From positions 5,825 to 69,824 of the forward strand of contig CAYQRE010000022.1 of NCBI GenBank assembly GCA_964420075.1: DNA of 64,000 bases, written 5' to 3'. The translations under genes were made by a program, and so were the position numbers. This DNA comes from an uncultured Thermoanaerobaculia bacterium. GTDB lineage: Bacteria > Acidobacteriota > Thermoanaerobaculia > Multivoradales > SZUA-115. This document shows positions 37,601 to 48,045 of the stretch, in pieces; the first letter of the stretch is position 1, and each line of letters starts with the position of its first letter. The notes below the pieces were generated by a model that saw nothing but the letters and a program-made list of their open reading frames with translations, did not search any database and was not told the origin of the DNA.

Positions 37601-38765
37601 CGGTCACCAGGTCGATCGCCACGTCGGCCGTCGGGTTGAGCGGGTTGGTGTCGCTCGCCGTGTTGTTGCCGGGGCTGGGGTCCATGCCGGTCGCCGGCTG
37701 GATGGTCGCCGAGAGCGTCAAGGTACCCAGCGCCGTCGGCGCGATGTGGGCCCGCAGGGTGTAGGTCAGCGTTCCGCCGACGCTCAGGTCGACAACGTCG
37801 CTCGGGCTGCCGCTGCCACTCGGCGTGCAGCTGCCACCGCTCGCGACGCAGGTCCAGGTCACGCTGCCGAGGCTCGGCGGCAGGCTGGCGGTGAGCACGG
37901 CGCCGGTCGCGGCACCGATGCCGAAGTTCATCACCGTCAGGCTGTAGGCCACGTCGGTACCGGGCACGCTCGCCGTCCGCTGGTCGTCGAGAGCCACCCC
38001 GAGGTCCGGCACCCCGAGCGCCAGGCGGGCGGCGTAGTCCACCACGTTGGGGGCGTAGATCAGGTTGAAGGCGTCGCGGGGCGGGTTGGCGCCGCCGCCG
38101 GCGAGGAACTGATCGAGGGGCATCGTCGAGTAGTAGACGCCGCCGTCGCCGAAGGGGTAGAGGAAGGCGACGACCTCGGCCGGGTTGGTGCGCGACAGGA
38201 TGCGGCGGGCGAGCGCTGGCAGGCTCGCCGAGGCCGCGAAGCCGTGCGAAGAGAAGCTGCCGTTGTCGAGCGAGGACGCCGTCAGCACGCCACCGGCACC
38301 GCTGGTCACCGAGGTCGAGGTGCTGACGATCTCGATGTTGTTGGGGTCGGCGAAGTCGCGGCTGATGGTGAAACCGCTCCCCCCGGGGAGGATCGTCTTG
38401 GCGCCGCCCGTGCCGTCGGGGTTCGAGACGTAGCGGTCGTGAATGACGAGGATCAAGCCGTTGCTGACCGCCGTCTGGATGTCGGCGAGCCGTGCCAGGT
38501 ACTCGGCGCCGTAGCTGCCGTTCGAGGGGTTCTGCACCATCAGCACGTCGATCCCCGCCAGCTCGGCCGGCGAGAGGTCGAAGATCTGGATCGCCGTCTG
38601 GCCGGCAGCGGTGATCGGCGCCACCTGGCTCGCGCTGCCGGCGCCGAGCGTCATGTCGTAGTAGCCCACGTTGACGGCCGCCGCCGGCTGGGCCGGGAGG
38701 GCGCCGAGGGCGAGCACCACGAGGGCGGGGCGAAGGGCACGGACGGAGCGGGCGTAGGCGGGCAT
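31617..38765 (-). CDS. giant (about 2,380 aa) surface/adhesin-like protein with about 19 DUF11 ('conserved repeat domain') repeats
   Basis: Signal peptide after the Met at 38765 (MPAYARSVRALRPALVVLALGALPAQPAAA). A roughly 300-aa N-terminal domain. Then repeated units of the form …DLAVTKTDG…VTYTITVSNLGPS.ATGATVTD.LPA…TWTCT…GGASC…G.G…NLPAGGSLTF… (DUF11/TIGR01451-like). C-terminus …LFADGFESGDTSGWTLTVP. Confidence 0.8.
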   Translation of the reverse strand: MPAYARSVRALRPALVVLALGALPAQPAAAVNVGYYDMTLGAGSASQVAPITAAGQTAIQIFDLSPAELAGIDVLMVQNPSNGSYGAEYLARLADIQTAVSNGLILVIHDRYVSNPDGTGGAKTILPGGSGFTISRDFADPNNIEIVSTSTSVTSGAGGVLTASSLDNGSFSSHGFAASASLPALARRILSRTNPAEVVAFLYPFGDGGVYYSTMPLDQFLAGGGANPPRDAFNLIYAPNVVDYAARLALGVPDLGVALDDQRTASVPGTDVAYSLTVMNFGIGAATGAVLTASLPPSLGSVTWTCVASGGSCTPSGSGSPSDVVDLSVGGTLTYTLRAHIAPTALGTLTLSATIQPATGMDPSPGNNTASDTNPLNPTADVAIDLVTVHALPPSAPFHAQITVRNAGPSTATGLVVTVPVPAGLAADLGAGAGCGGLTDCPVADLAPGATQSLDVFFDRPSPYLGPDPITTLGAVSTLASDPQAGNNAARSRLPLGGTPSADLAVSVSGPPSAALGSTVTYLVQVSNAGPHDARSLQLAHTPPPGLFFVAATAPCAAGSFPCSLGDLNPGGTRSLRVTFGIPGGYAGPNPIVYAASVSSSTATDPAAGNNSGSTGVPLGADTVDLRVQQSGPAQVGLASPLTYLISVENQGPATATGVTLSDPAPPGLAAGTGDPPCSLGFPCNLGTLAPGARRELRAFFVAPASGAPALLTSTTSVVATQPEGFAADNSASALTGLLTPAADVAVTKAAPAEIAAGEALPFTLLVSNRGPAAVPVTLDDLAPANLVFVAASSPCESGFPCLLGTLPVGFTRALSLVLGVEPDHVSPNPIVNQAMVLANVLDPTLGNDSSSTSTHVGYVADLGISKTNGRLEVSPGQALTYTLTVTSQGPSDLAGATVTDTLPPALTAATWACTASAGSSCAASGSGSIADTVNLRAGGTLTYVLQATVAPAASGTLTNTATVAPPAGASDPVAGNDSASDADPVVPPADLVTTKMGPASVVAGTQLAYTVRVTNQGAGTARGVSLADPTPPGITFLSASAPCMSGFPCSLPDLAPSGFVELVVTYAVPPGFGGATISNTATASTVTPDSNPANDTVTAVTPVSRQADLAVTKTDGRATVVPGQPVTYTITVSNLGPSHATGATVTDTPPAVLLSASWTCTPAGGASCTAAGSGAIAQTVNLPVGGSLTYLLTATVDPAASAAVVNQVSVAPSAGTTDPVAGNNLASDASGLAPLADLAVTKTDGRTSTVPGEAVSYTITVSNAGPSNVVGATISDTPPAALLAASWTCTPTGGASCPAASGSGAIAGAANLPAGSHLTFVLGGTVDPAATGTLANTASVMAPPAVTDPTSGNNSATDQDTLTRVAQLSLGKTGPGSVARGGALTFAFSVHNAGPSDAHVDLTDPTPPGLTLTSADAPCSGGFPCSLGTLAAGATVSFTATYAVPAAYAGPDPIVNQAAIASDAADPAPADDSARSATAVDRAATADLAISKTAPSVATLASTVTYTLTVSNLGPDDAADVHLSETIPAGLSFVSASPPCATSFDCSLGGLPVGASRTIEVVLAIPPDYAGPSLIVNTASVSAATADPATANNSASALTSLVAAAADLAVSKRGPAAATAGQSVSYDLTVTNRGPSPSTNTRLADPTPPGLSFAGATAPCAGGFPCFLDSLAPGASVNVRVTFNVPANYSGPNPITNTASAQANELDGLAGNDSATATTGVGAEAADLAVEKRGPATARAGEVLTYTLLVRNLGPGLATAVSLADPTPAGTSFVAATAPCASGFPCDLGSLAAGSSVVVQARFRAASALATGTSVVNQATVSSPSPDPQPGNNTVSTTTLLSVAADLAITKTDGLTTIAPGRPITYTVVASNLGPSDAPNALVEDTFPAALAGLPWTCTATGGASCGTSGGSGTISRLVQLTAGGSVTFTATGTVDPGASGLLTNTATITPPAGVPDPVAGNNSATDVDTLTPEADLTITKTDGSVTAVPGGTVAYTITVHNLGPSHAPGATVTDSFASILAGVSWTCTASAGSSCAASGTLQILDTVNLLAGGTLTYSATATVHPEVTGTLSNTASVISPAGVSDPATANNSATDLDTLTPMADLALAKDDGAATALPGSQTVYTLTVTNAGPSHAPGSLVSDSFPLAITAVSWTCSASGGASCGAASGSGNLSETVSLPAGGQVVFQATAGIDLLATGSLVNTASVAPGAGVTDPSPANNSDGDTDSLLLAADLVVSKTVDRSRYLAGDPVTYRVTASNGGPASLTGARVRDTLPAVLGSTTWTCTASAGASCAAAGAGNLDQLVDLPVGGAVVFELRGIVLAAASGPIVNTAEVSPPAGAGDPDPGDDVASATILPAEPLFADGFESGDTSGWTLTVP
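31700..37700. repeat. intragenic tandem repeats (about 330-375 nt period) encoding the DUF11 units of the giant protein
   Basis: Protein-level periodicity of about 110-125 aa recurs about 19 times. The boundaries are approximate. Confidence 0.6.
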
Positions 38766-38850
38766 CAACGCGGACCTTTCTCGGTCGAGACCAGGGCTCG
38801 GAATACGTTTGCTAGCCGGAAGCGAACCATCGTGATGCGCAGATGGTTCT

Positions 38851-38879
38851 TTGACAGCAATCCGTGCTTTGGATATGCT
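38851..38879 (+). promoter_or_regulatory. candidate sigma70-like promoter of the eCIS operon (TTGACA-N17-TATGCT), with a second TTGACAG repeat 40 bp downstream
   Basis: Hexamers read in the AT-rich divergent intergenic region (38766..38997). AGGAGA RBS 8 nt before the sheath ATG. Confidence 0.4.
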
Positions 38880-38997
38880 CGTTTGGTCACTTGACAGTAG
38901 CAAGATAGAGCGATGAGTCGCAACTAGCCGTGAGCGGACAGCTCCAGCGTGGAGCGGTCTGTGCTCTCTTGGCGATGTATTTTCAGGAGATTCGGTT

Positions 38998-40563
38998 ATG
39001 CCTGTGAATCCAACCTATCCGGGCGTGTACATCGAAGAGCTGGCGAGCGGGGTGCGGACGATCACCGGGGTCGCCACTTCGATCACCGCTCTCCTGGGCC
39101 GGACGCTGCGCGGGCCGGTCAACCGGCCTATGACCCTCAACAGCTTCGGGGACTTTGAGCGCGTCTTCGGTGGCCTGTGGGCCGAGAGCACCGTGTCCTT
39201 CGCGGTGCGCGACTTCTTCCTCAACGGTGGCAGCCAGGCGGTCGTCGTGCGGTTGTTCCGCGCCTCGGGCAACGGCAAGGCAAAGCTCGTCTTCGGTACC
39301 GCCCCTGACCTCACCCTCGAAGCCGCCTCCGAGGGCCTGTGGGGCAACGCCCTGACGGCAACGGTCTCTTTGCTCGATGCCGCCTCGGCGGCGCAGGTGG
39401 CGCCCCGCCTCGGGGTCGAGCCCGGCGACCTCTTCAATCTGGCGGTGACCGACACCGCGGCGGGCGTTACCGAGGTCCACCGCAACGTCACGGTGCGCGA
39501 CAGCCCGCGCCGGCTGGACCTCGTGCTGGCTGAGGACTCGGCCCTGGTGCGCGTCGCCGGCGCGCTGCCGACGGCGCCGCCGATTCCCAACCCGCCGGGT
39601 ACACCCGTCACCGTCGTCGTCCTACCCACCAACCAGGGCAACGACGGCAGCGCCCTCACCACGACGCAGTTCCAGGGCAGCCGCGCCGCGAAGACCGGCC
39701 TCTATGCCCTGGAGAACGCCGACCTCTTCAACCTCCTCTGCATCCCGCCCTACGCCCCCGGCACCGACGTCACGGCGAGCTTCTGGGCCGAGGCGGCTGC
39801 CTACGCCAGTGAGCGGCGGGCGATGCTCCTGGTCGACCCGCCGGCGAGCTGGGACGAGGTGAACGACGCGGTGAGCGGCATCGCGGCGATCGCCAACCCG
39901 ATGGGCTCGGCGAAGAAGAACGCGGCGTTCTTCTTCCCGCGTCTGAACGAGGCCAACCCGATCCGGCAGGACATGGTCGAGGTCTTCGTCCCCTGTGGCG
40001 CCGTCGCCGGCGTCTTCGCCCGCACCGACGCCCGCCGCGGCGTCTGGAAGGCACCGGCCGGCCTCGAGGCCAACCTCAACGGCGTGGTGGCGCTCAGCGT
40101 GCCGATGACCGACGCCGAGAACGGCCTGATCAACCCGCTGGGAGTCAACGCGCTGCGCAACCGGCCGGCCGCCGGGCCGGTGGTGTGGGGCGCCCGCACC
40201 CTCGACGGCGACGACCGCCTGGCCTCGGAGTGGAAGTACGTGCCGGTGCGCCGCCTCGCCCTCTACCTCGAGGAGAGCCTCTACCGCGGCACCCAGTGGG
40301 TGGTTTTCGAGCCCAACGACGAGCCTCTGTGGTCGCAGATCCGTCTCAACATCGGCGCCTTCCTGCAGACGCTGTTCCGCCAGGGCGCCTTCCAGGGCCG
40401 CACGCCGCAGGAGGCCTACTTCGTCAAGGTGGACCGCGAGACGACCACTCAGGCGGACATCGACCGCGGCATCGTCAACATCGTCGTCGGGTTCGCGCCG
40501 CTGAAGCCGGCCGAGTTCGTGATCGTGAAGATCCAGCAGATCGCCGGCCAGGTCCCGGCCTAG
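38998..40563 (+). CDS. contractile tail sheath protein (eCIS/phage-tail-like)
   Basis: N-terminus MPVNPTYPGVYIEE… is the signature start of phage/eCIS/T6SS sheath proteins. 521 aa. Confidence 0.9.
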   Translation: MPVNPTYPGVYIEELASGVRTITGVATSITALLGRTLRGPVNRPMTLNSFGDFERVFGGLWAESTVSFAVRDFFLNGGSQAVVVRLFRASGNGKAKLVFGTAPDLTLEAASEGLWGNALTATVSLLDAASAAQVAPRLGVEPGDLFNLAVTDTAAGVTEVHRNVTVRDSPRRLDLVLAEDSALVRVAGALPTAPPIPNPPGTPVTVVVLPTNQGNDGSALTTTQFQGSRAAKTGLYALENADLFNLLCIPPYAPGTDVTASFWAEAAAYASERRAMLLVDPPASWDEVNDAVSGIAAIANPMGSAKKNAAFFFPRLNEANPIRQDMVEVFVPCGAVAGVFARTDARRGVWKAPAGLEANLNGVVALSVPMTDAENGLINPLGVNALRNRPAAGPVVWGARTLDGDDRLASEWKYVPVRRLALYLEESLYRGTQWVVFEPNDEPLWSQIRLNIGAFLQTLFRQGAFQGRTPQEAYFVKVDRETTTQADIDRGIVNIVVGFAPLKPAEFVIVKIQQIAGQVPA

Positions 40564-40576
40564 GGAGGTCTCGAGC

Positions 40577-41086
40577 ATGGAATTCAGCGTCAATGCCCAG
40601 CGCCTCGACCCGTACAAGAACTTCAAGTTCCGGGTGAAGTGGGATGGCCGCTACGTCGCCGGGGTGAGCAAGGTCGGCTCGCTCAAGCGCACCACCGACG
40701 TCGTCGAGCACCGCGCCGGCGGCGACCCTTCGACGGTGCTCAAGTCGCCGGGGCAGAACAAATACGAGGCGATCACCCTCGAGCGTGGCCTGACCCACGA
40801 CCCGGAGTTCGAGGCCTGGGCCACCAAAGTGTGGAACTTCGGTGCCGGCCTGGGCGCCGAGGTGTCGCTCGCCGACTTCCGCAAGGACATCATCATCGAG
40901 GTCTACAACGAGGCCGGCCAGCTCGCCCTCGCCTACAAGGTCTACCGCTGTTGGCCGTCGGAGTACCAGGCGCTGCCGGAGCTCGATGGCTCGGGCAACG
41001 CCGTGGCGATCGAGATGCTCACCCTGCAGAACGAGGGCTGGGAGCGGGACACGGCGGTCACCGAGCCGACGGAGCCCAGCTTCTAG
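40577..41086 (+). CDS. tail tube protein (T4 gp19 / Afp1-like)
   Basis: 169 aa with the motif …DPYKNFKFRVKWDG…VSKV. Directly downstream of the sheath gene. Confidence 0.85.
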   Translation: MEFSVNAQRLDPYKNFKFRVKWDGRYVAGVSKVGSLKRTTDVVEHRAGGDPSTVLKSPGQNKYEAITLERGLTHDPEFEAWATKVWNFGAGLGAEVSLADFRKDIIIEVYNEAGQLALAYKVYRCWPSEYQALPELDGSGNAVAIEMLTLQNEGWERDTAVTEPTEPSF

Positions 41087-41107
41087 GCTCCGGCCCGAGG
41101 GCGGACG

Positions 41108-41809
41108 GTGGTGGGAGCGAGCGAGCTGCTGGCGCTGTGGGAGCGGACCCGGGGGCGGTCGCTGGTCGAGCAGGCCCTGGTCCTGCTCGACGGCGCGGAG
41201 CTGCCTCTCGGCGCCGCCAACCGGCTGCTGCTGCGGCGGTACCAGGCGAGCTTCGGCGACCGGCTGGATCTCTACGCTGCTTGCCCGGCCTGCGGTGAGG
41301 AGCTGGAGGTGGCGGTCGCGATCAGCGAGCTCCTGGCGGCAGAAGCGGTGGAAGCCGCCGCCGAGCCCGAGATCGCCCTGGCGAGCGGTGGGCTCACCAC
41401 CCGGCTGCGCCGGCCGGGCTTCGCCGACCTCGCGAGCGTCGCCGAGCTGGCGCCCGCCGAGGCCGAGGCGGCGCTCCTCGCCCGCTGCCTGGTTGCGGCG
41501 GAGCACGAGGGTGCCGCCGTCGCTGCCGCCGACCTCGACACCGGCGCCCGGGAAGCGATCGCGATGGCCCTCGCCGCTGCTGATCCCCTGGCCGAGATCC
41601 TCCTCTCTCTCACCTGCCCGGCCTGCGAGCACGGCTGGCAGGCCCTCGTCGAGCCGGCGCAGTGCCTGGTGCGCCAGATCGAGGCGGCGGCCCATCGGCT
41701 GTTGCGCGAGGTGGACGCTCTGGCCCACTCCTACGGCTGGAGCGAAGGGGAGATCCTGGCCCTGAGCGCGCCGCGCCGGCAGGCCTACCTCGCCATGGTG
41801 ACGGCATGA
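41108..41809 (+). CDS. hypothetical eCIS-associated protein with two CPAC zinc-ribbon-like motifs
   Basis: 233 aa. CPACGEE and CPACEHG motifs about 90 aa apart. Translationally coupled to the next gene. Confidence 0.5.
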   Translation: MVGASELLALWERTRGRSLVEQALVLLDGAELPLGAANRLLLRRYQASFGDRLDLYAACPACGEELEVAVAISELLAAEAVEAAAEPEIALASGGLTTRLRRPGFADLASVAELAPAEAEAALLARCLVAAEHEGAAVAAADLDTGAREAIAMALAAADPLAEILLSLTCPACEHGWQALVEPAQCLVRQIEAAAHRLLREVDALAHSYGWSEGEILALSAPRRQAYLAMVTA

Positions 41810-42708
41810 GCTACCTGGCACGGCTGGCGGCGCGGGCCCGCGGTGAGGGGCCGGAGCTGGCGCCGCGGCGCCTGTCGCGCTTCGATCCCGCCGCCGGGCC
41901 ATGGGTCGCTGAGGGCCGGCTGGAGGGCGCCGAGGCCGGGTCGCCGGTGGGGGATGGGCCGCCGGCGGTGGCGCCTGGGTGGACGGCGGAGCGGCAGCTC
42001 GCCTCGCCCGCGGACCAACCGGGCGCCACCAACGAGCGCCGCGAGCTCCAGCGCCCGAGCTCTGCACCGGCCGTCACCCTTCCCAGCCTGCCGACGGCCG
42101 CCTCCGTCTCGGCCCCGCCTGTCCAGTCCCTACCCATCCGGCCTGTCGATCTGGCCGTCGACGTTGCGCATCCCGCTCACGCAACGCAGGAGCCGGCGCG
42201 GGAGAGGCTGGCCCGGAGGGCGCCCGCTGCTGCGACCAGGATGGACCCGAATCCCACGGCCGGCCCGGCGGTGGAGGCGGAGGAACGGCCGGCACGCAGG
42301 CCGGCCGCTTCGAGCGTGGACGATCAGGCTCCCGGCAGCGACCACCCGCGGCTGCAGCGGCCTGGCCCGATCCGGGCCGTCACTGCCGCCGACGTGACGA
42401 CTGACTTCACTGTCGCGGCCCAGCCGGTCCGGTCCGGTCTCCGCTCCGCTGCCTCGACCGTCTCCGCCCTCGCCCTCCCGGCCGCTTCCGTGCCGCGGGC
42501 CTATCCACGCCCGCTGGCTGCCGAGCTGGCTCGTGAGCAGCGGGCCGAGCGCGGGGCGAGCGACGGCCCGCCGATCGTCCACGTCACCATCGAGAAGGTC
42601 GAGGTGGAGGCTGTGCCGCGCCCTGGACCGCCGCCGCGGCCGACCCCGGCGAGCGGCCCGCGGCTCGCCCTCGGCGACTACCTCGCGGCCCGGGGCCGCC
42701 GGCGATGA
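41806..42708 (+). CDS. hypothetical Pro/Ala-rich low-complexity protein (candidate tube-length/tape-measure-like component)
   Basis: ATGA overlap on both sides. 300 aa, mostly low-complexity, with a conserved-looking C-terminal …IVHVTIEKVEVEA… segment. Confidence 0.45.
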   Translation: MSYLARLAARARGEGPELAPRRLSRFDPAAGPWVAEGRLEGAEAGSPVGDGPPAVAPGWTAERQLASPADQPGATNERRELQRPSSAPAVTLPSLPTAASVSAPPVQSLPIRPVDLAVDVAHPAHATQEPARERLARRAPAAATRMDPNPTAGPAVEAEERPARRPAASSVDDQAPGSDHPRLQRPGPIRAVTAADVTTDFTVAAQPVRSGLRSAASTVSALALPAASVPRAYPRPLAAELAREQRAERGASDGPPIVHVTIEKVEVEAVPRPGPPPRPTPASGPRLALGDYLAARGRRR

Positions 42709-43987
42709 GCAACTACCTCGCCATCGCCACCGCCACGGCGACCCTGCGGCGCTTCCTCCAGGGCGTCGTCGCCGACGACGTCAGTGGCGCCACGGTCACC
42801 ACGGTGCGGCCCGACGCCGCCGGCAGCGGTCTGCCGGAGACCGGCGTCAACCTCTTCCTCTATCAGGTGACGCCGAACCCCGAGCTACGCAACCGCGACC
42901 TGCCGACGCGCCGCAGCGACGGCAGCGCCGCGGCACGGCCCGAGGCCGCCCTCGACCTCCACTATCTGCTGACCTTCTACGGCAACCACGCAACGCTCGA
43001 GCCCCAGCGCCTGCTCGGCAGCGTGGCGCGGTCCATCCACGCGCGGCCGGTGCTCAGCCGCGAGATGATCCTCGCGACCCTGGCTGATCCGGCCTTCGCT
43101 TACCTCGCCGGTTCGGACCTCGCCGACGCCCCCGACAAGGTCCGCCTGACGCCGCAGCTGCTCAAGCTGGAGGAGCTCTACCAGCTGTGGTCCGGCCTGC
43201 TCTCGAAGGCGGACTTCGCCACTTCGCTCGTCTATCGCGCTGGGGTGGTGCTGCTCACCGCCGAGGAGCCGGCGACGGCCGCCCTGCCGGTGCGCGAGCG
43301 CACGCTCACGGTGCAGCCCATCCGCAGCCCGCGCCTCGCGAGCGTGGTGAGCGCCGCCGGTGACGGCGAGCCGATCGTCGTCGGCAGCACCCTGGTGCTG
43401 CGCGGTGAGCGCCTCGCCGGTGAGCGCACGGAGGTACGGCTGGCCGGGCAGGAGGTCGAGCCCGCGGCGGCGAACGTCTCGGCACGCGAGATCCGTCTGC
43501 CGCTCGCCCCGCCCCTCTTCGACGTCGGCACCCTGCGCGCCGGCCCGCAGGGTGCGCAGGTCCTCCACCCGTTCCTGCTCGGCGACCCGCCGCAGCCGCG
43601 GCCGGGCTTCGCCTCGAACGTCGCAGCCTTCGTGCTGCGGCCACTGCTGAGCGACCTTTCCTACCAGCACGCCTCGGGCACCAAGCAGGCGCTGAGCGGC
43701 ACGGTCACCTGCAACGTCAGCCCGCCGATCGCCGTCGACCAGCGCCTCGTCCTGGAGCTCAACGGCCTGCCGGGCCTGTCGGTCGCCGGCCTCTCCTACG
43801 TCTTCGCGGTGCCGCCGGTCGAGGCGCCGACGACTGCTCTCGAGGCGCCGGTCGCGGGCGTCGCCCCTGGCGTCTACCTCGTGCGACTGAGCGTCGACGG
43901 CGCCGCGAGCCCTCTGGTGGCGGACACCACGCCCGGCAGCGCGACGTTCGGGCTCTACATGGAGCCGGCGGTGGAGATCGGCGCGGA

Positions 43988-43991
<4 letters not shown>
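42705..43991 (+). CDS. DUF4255 domain protein (eCIS tail terminator/cap, Afp16/Pvc16-like)
   Basis: N-terminus MSNYLAIATATATLRRFLQ… is characteristic of DUF4255. Confidence 0.8.
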
Positions 43992-45927
<1,936 letters not shown>

Positions 45928-45931
<4 letters not shown>

Positions 45932-46581
45932 CCAGCTTCCCGCGCTCGCCCCGCCTGCTCAAGGGCGCGATCGTCGCCATCGACCCCTTCAACCCGGTGG
46001 CGAGCGTGATCGTCTTCCAGTACAACCCGGAGACGTTGTCGCGCACGCTGGCGCCGCAGCTCGGCGTCGACGGCGGCGCCCGCGCCGAGATCCTCCGCCT
46101 CAAGGGGGCGCCGAAGGAGACGATCGGCGCCGAGATCGCCATCGACGCTACCGACCAGCTCGAGCGCGCCGATCCGCAGGCCACCCGGCTGGGCATCTAC
46201 CCGCAGCTCTCCGCTCTCGAGATGCTGGTCTACCCGAAGAGCAGCCTGGTGATCACCAACACCGCGCTCGCCGCCCTCGGCACCCTCGAGGTGATCGCCC
46301 CGCAGGCGCCCCTGACCCTCTTCGCCTGGGGGGTGCGGCGGATGGTGCCAGTGGTGATCGAGAGCCTGGCGGTGACCGAGGAGGCATACGACGTCAACCT
46401 CAACCCGATCCGTGCCCGCGTCGGCCTGAGCTTGCGCGTGCTCACTTACGACGACCTGCCGATCCTCCACCCCGGCTACGGCATCTACCTGGCGCACCAG
46501 CTGGTCAAGGAAGCGATGGCGACCCTGGCCAGCCTGGAGAACGTCAACGCGGTGGTCGCCGGCGACGTGCGGGTGCTCTAG
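45928..46581 (+). CDS. phage-tail-like protein, possible second tube / tube-initiator (Afp5/Afp7 tube-domain-like)
   Basis: 217 aa. ATGA-coupled. Beta-rich sequence (…IVAIDPFNPVASVIVFQYNPETLSRT…). Its position between the ATPase and the LysM/hub genes supports this call. Confidence 0.5.
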
Positions 46582-46600
46582 GCCGCGGCGCCGAGGAGAT

Positions 46601-46903
46601 GTGATGCTCGATCCCGAAAGCCGTTACGCCGAGCTCGAGACCGCCACCCTGACCCTGGCGGACGGCCGCCAGGTCTCGTATCTCAAGCGGCGCTTCCTGC
46701 CGCAGGCGGAGGCGCTGTCCCTGCTCACCGAGGTGGCAGTGCGCGACGGCGAGCGGCTGGACCTGATCGCCGCCCGCACCCTCGGCGACCCTCTGCAATG
46801 GTGGCGGGTGGCGGACGCCAACGAGGCGATGCATCCCGACGAGCTGCTGGCCGAGCCCGGGCGCCGGCTGCGGGTGGCGGTGCCGGAGGTGCTGCCGCGG
46901 TGA
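46601..46903 (+). CDS. LysM-like tail protein (P2 gpX / Afp7 LysM-like)
   Basis: 100 aa. …GERLDLIAARTLGDPLQWWRVADAN… resembles LysM peptidoglycan-binding modules found in tail protein X. Confidence 0.55.
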   Translation: MMLDPESRYAELETATLTLADGRQVSYLKRRFLPQAEALSLLTEVAVRDGERLDLIAARTLGDPLQWWRVADANEAMHPDELLAEPGRRLRVAVPEVLPR

Positions 46904-48045
46904 GCGAGCTGGGCGTGCGCCTCACCCTGCTGCTCGGGCCGACGGTCGCCCGGCCGGCCCCCCTCGCCTTCATCGAGAACCTGGCGGCGGTCGAGGTGCG
47001 GCACAGCGACGAGGAGCGCTCGGGCTTCCAGCTCGTTTTCAAGGTGGGGCGGCGCGGGCCGCTCGACCTGCTCGAATACCCGCAGCTGCGCAGCCCTCTC
47101 CTCGCCGCCTTCAACCGGGTGATCCTGATCGTCACCTTCAACGTCCGACCGCGGGTGCTGATGGACGGCATCATCACCCACGTCGAGCTGCAGCCCGGCG
47201 ACGAGGCGGGGGCCGCGACATTGACGGTCACCGGCGAGGACGTCAGCGTGATGATGGACCTCGAGGAGCGGGCCGTCGAGCATCCGGCACTGCCCGATCC
47301 GGCGATCGTCTTCAAGCTTCTCGCCCGCTACGCCCGCTTCGGCATCCTGCCGGCGGTGGTGCCCCCGAAGGTGATCGACCCGCCGATCCCCATCGAGCGC
47401 ATCCCCGTGCAGGTGGGCACGGACCGCGAGTACCTCGAGACGCTCGCCCGCCGCCACGGTCACGTCTTCTACCTCACGGCCGGGCCGGCGCCGTTCACCA
47501 ACACGGCCTATTGGGGGCCGCCGCGCCGCCTCGGCGTGCCGCAGCGGGCACTCTCGGTGAACTTCGGCTCGCAGACCAACGTCACCTCGCTCGCCTTCCA
47601 GCACGACGCCCTGAAGCCGGCCTTCGTCGACGGCGACGCCATCGACGCCCGCTTCAATCGCAAGTTTCCCGTGCGCACCTTCGCCGCCCAGCGAGTGCCG
47701 CCGCTCTCTCTGCGGCCCACCTGGCTGGCGCAGCGGGCGAACACCCGCACGACGCTCTACCGTGGCTGCGCGCCCAGCATCCCCGCCGCCTTCGGTCGCG
47801 CCCAGGCCTACACCGACGCCTCGACCGACGCCACCGTCACCGCCTCCGGCGAGCTCGACGCCGCCCGCTACGGCGAGATCCTGCGCGCTCGCGAGCTAGT
47901 AGGGCTGCGCGGCGCCGGCCTTTCGCACGACGGTCTGTACTACGTCAAGGCGGTGACCCATCGCCTGGGACGGGGCACCTACACGCAGAGCTTCACCTTG
48001 ACCCGCGACGGACTGGGCACCACGGTGCCGGTGGTGCGGCCATGA
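46900..48045 (+). CDS. phage late-control gene D-like baseplate hub protein (gp27/VgrG-N-like)
   Basis: GTG overlapping the upstream stop. 381 aa. Its position immediately before the gpV-like spike supports the hub call. Confidence 0.65.
   Translation: MSELGVRLTLLLGPTVARPAPLAFIENLAAVEVRHSDEERSGFQLVFKVGRRGPLDLLEYPQLRSPLLAAFNRVILIVTFNVRPRVLMDGIITHVELQPGDEAGAATLTVTGEDVSVMMDLEERAVEHPALPDPAIVFKLLARYARFGILPAVVPPKVIDPPIPIERIPVQVGTDREYLETLARRHGHVFYLTAGPAPFTNTAYWGPPRRLGVPQRALSVNFGSQTNVTSLAFQHDALKPAFVDGDAIDARFNRKFPVRTFAAQRVPPLSLRPTWLAQRANTRTTLYRGCAPSIPAAFGRAQAYTDASTDATVTASGELDAARYGEILRARELVGLRGAGLSHDGLYYVKAVTHRLGRGTYTQSFTLTRDGLGTTVPVVRP

Noticed and set aside
36198-38894. 898-aa plus-strand ORF antisense to the giant DUF11 gene
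   Set aside because: Antisense to a repeat-rich coding region. Low-complexity product. The apparent repeats are only a reflection of the sense-strand repeats.
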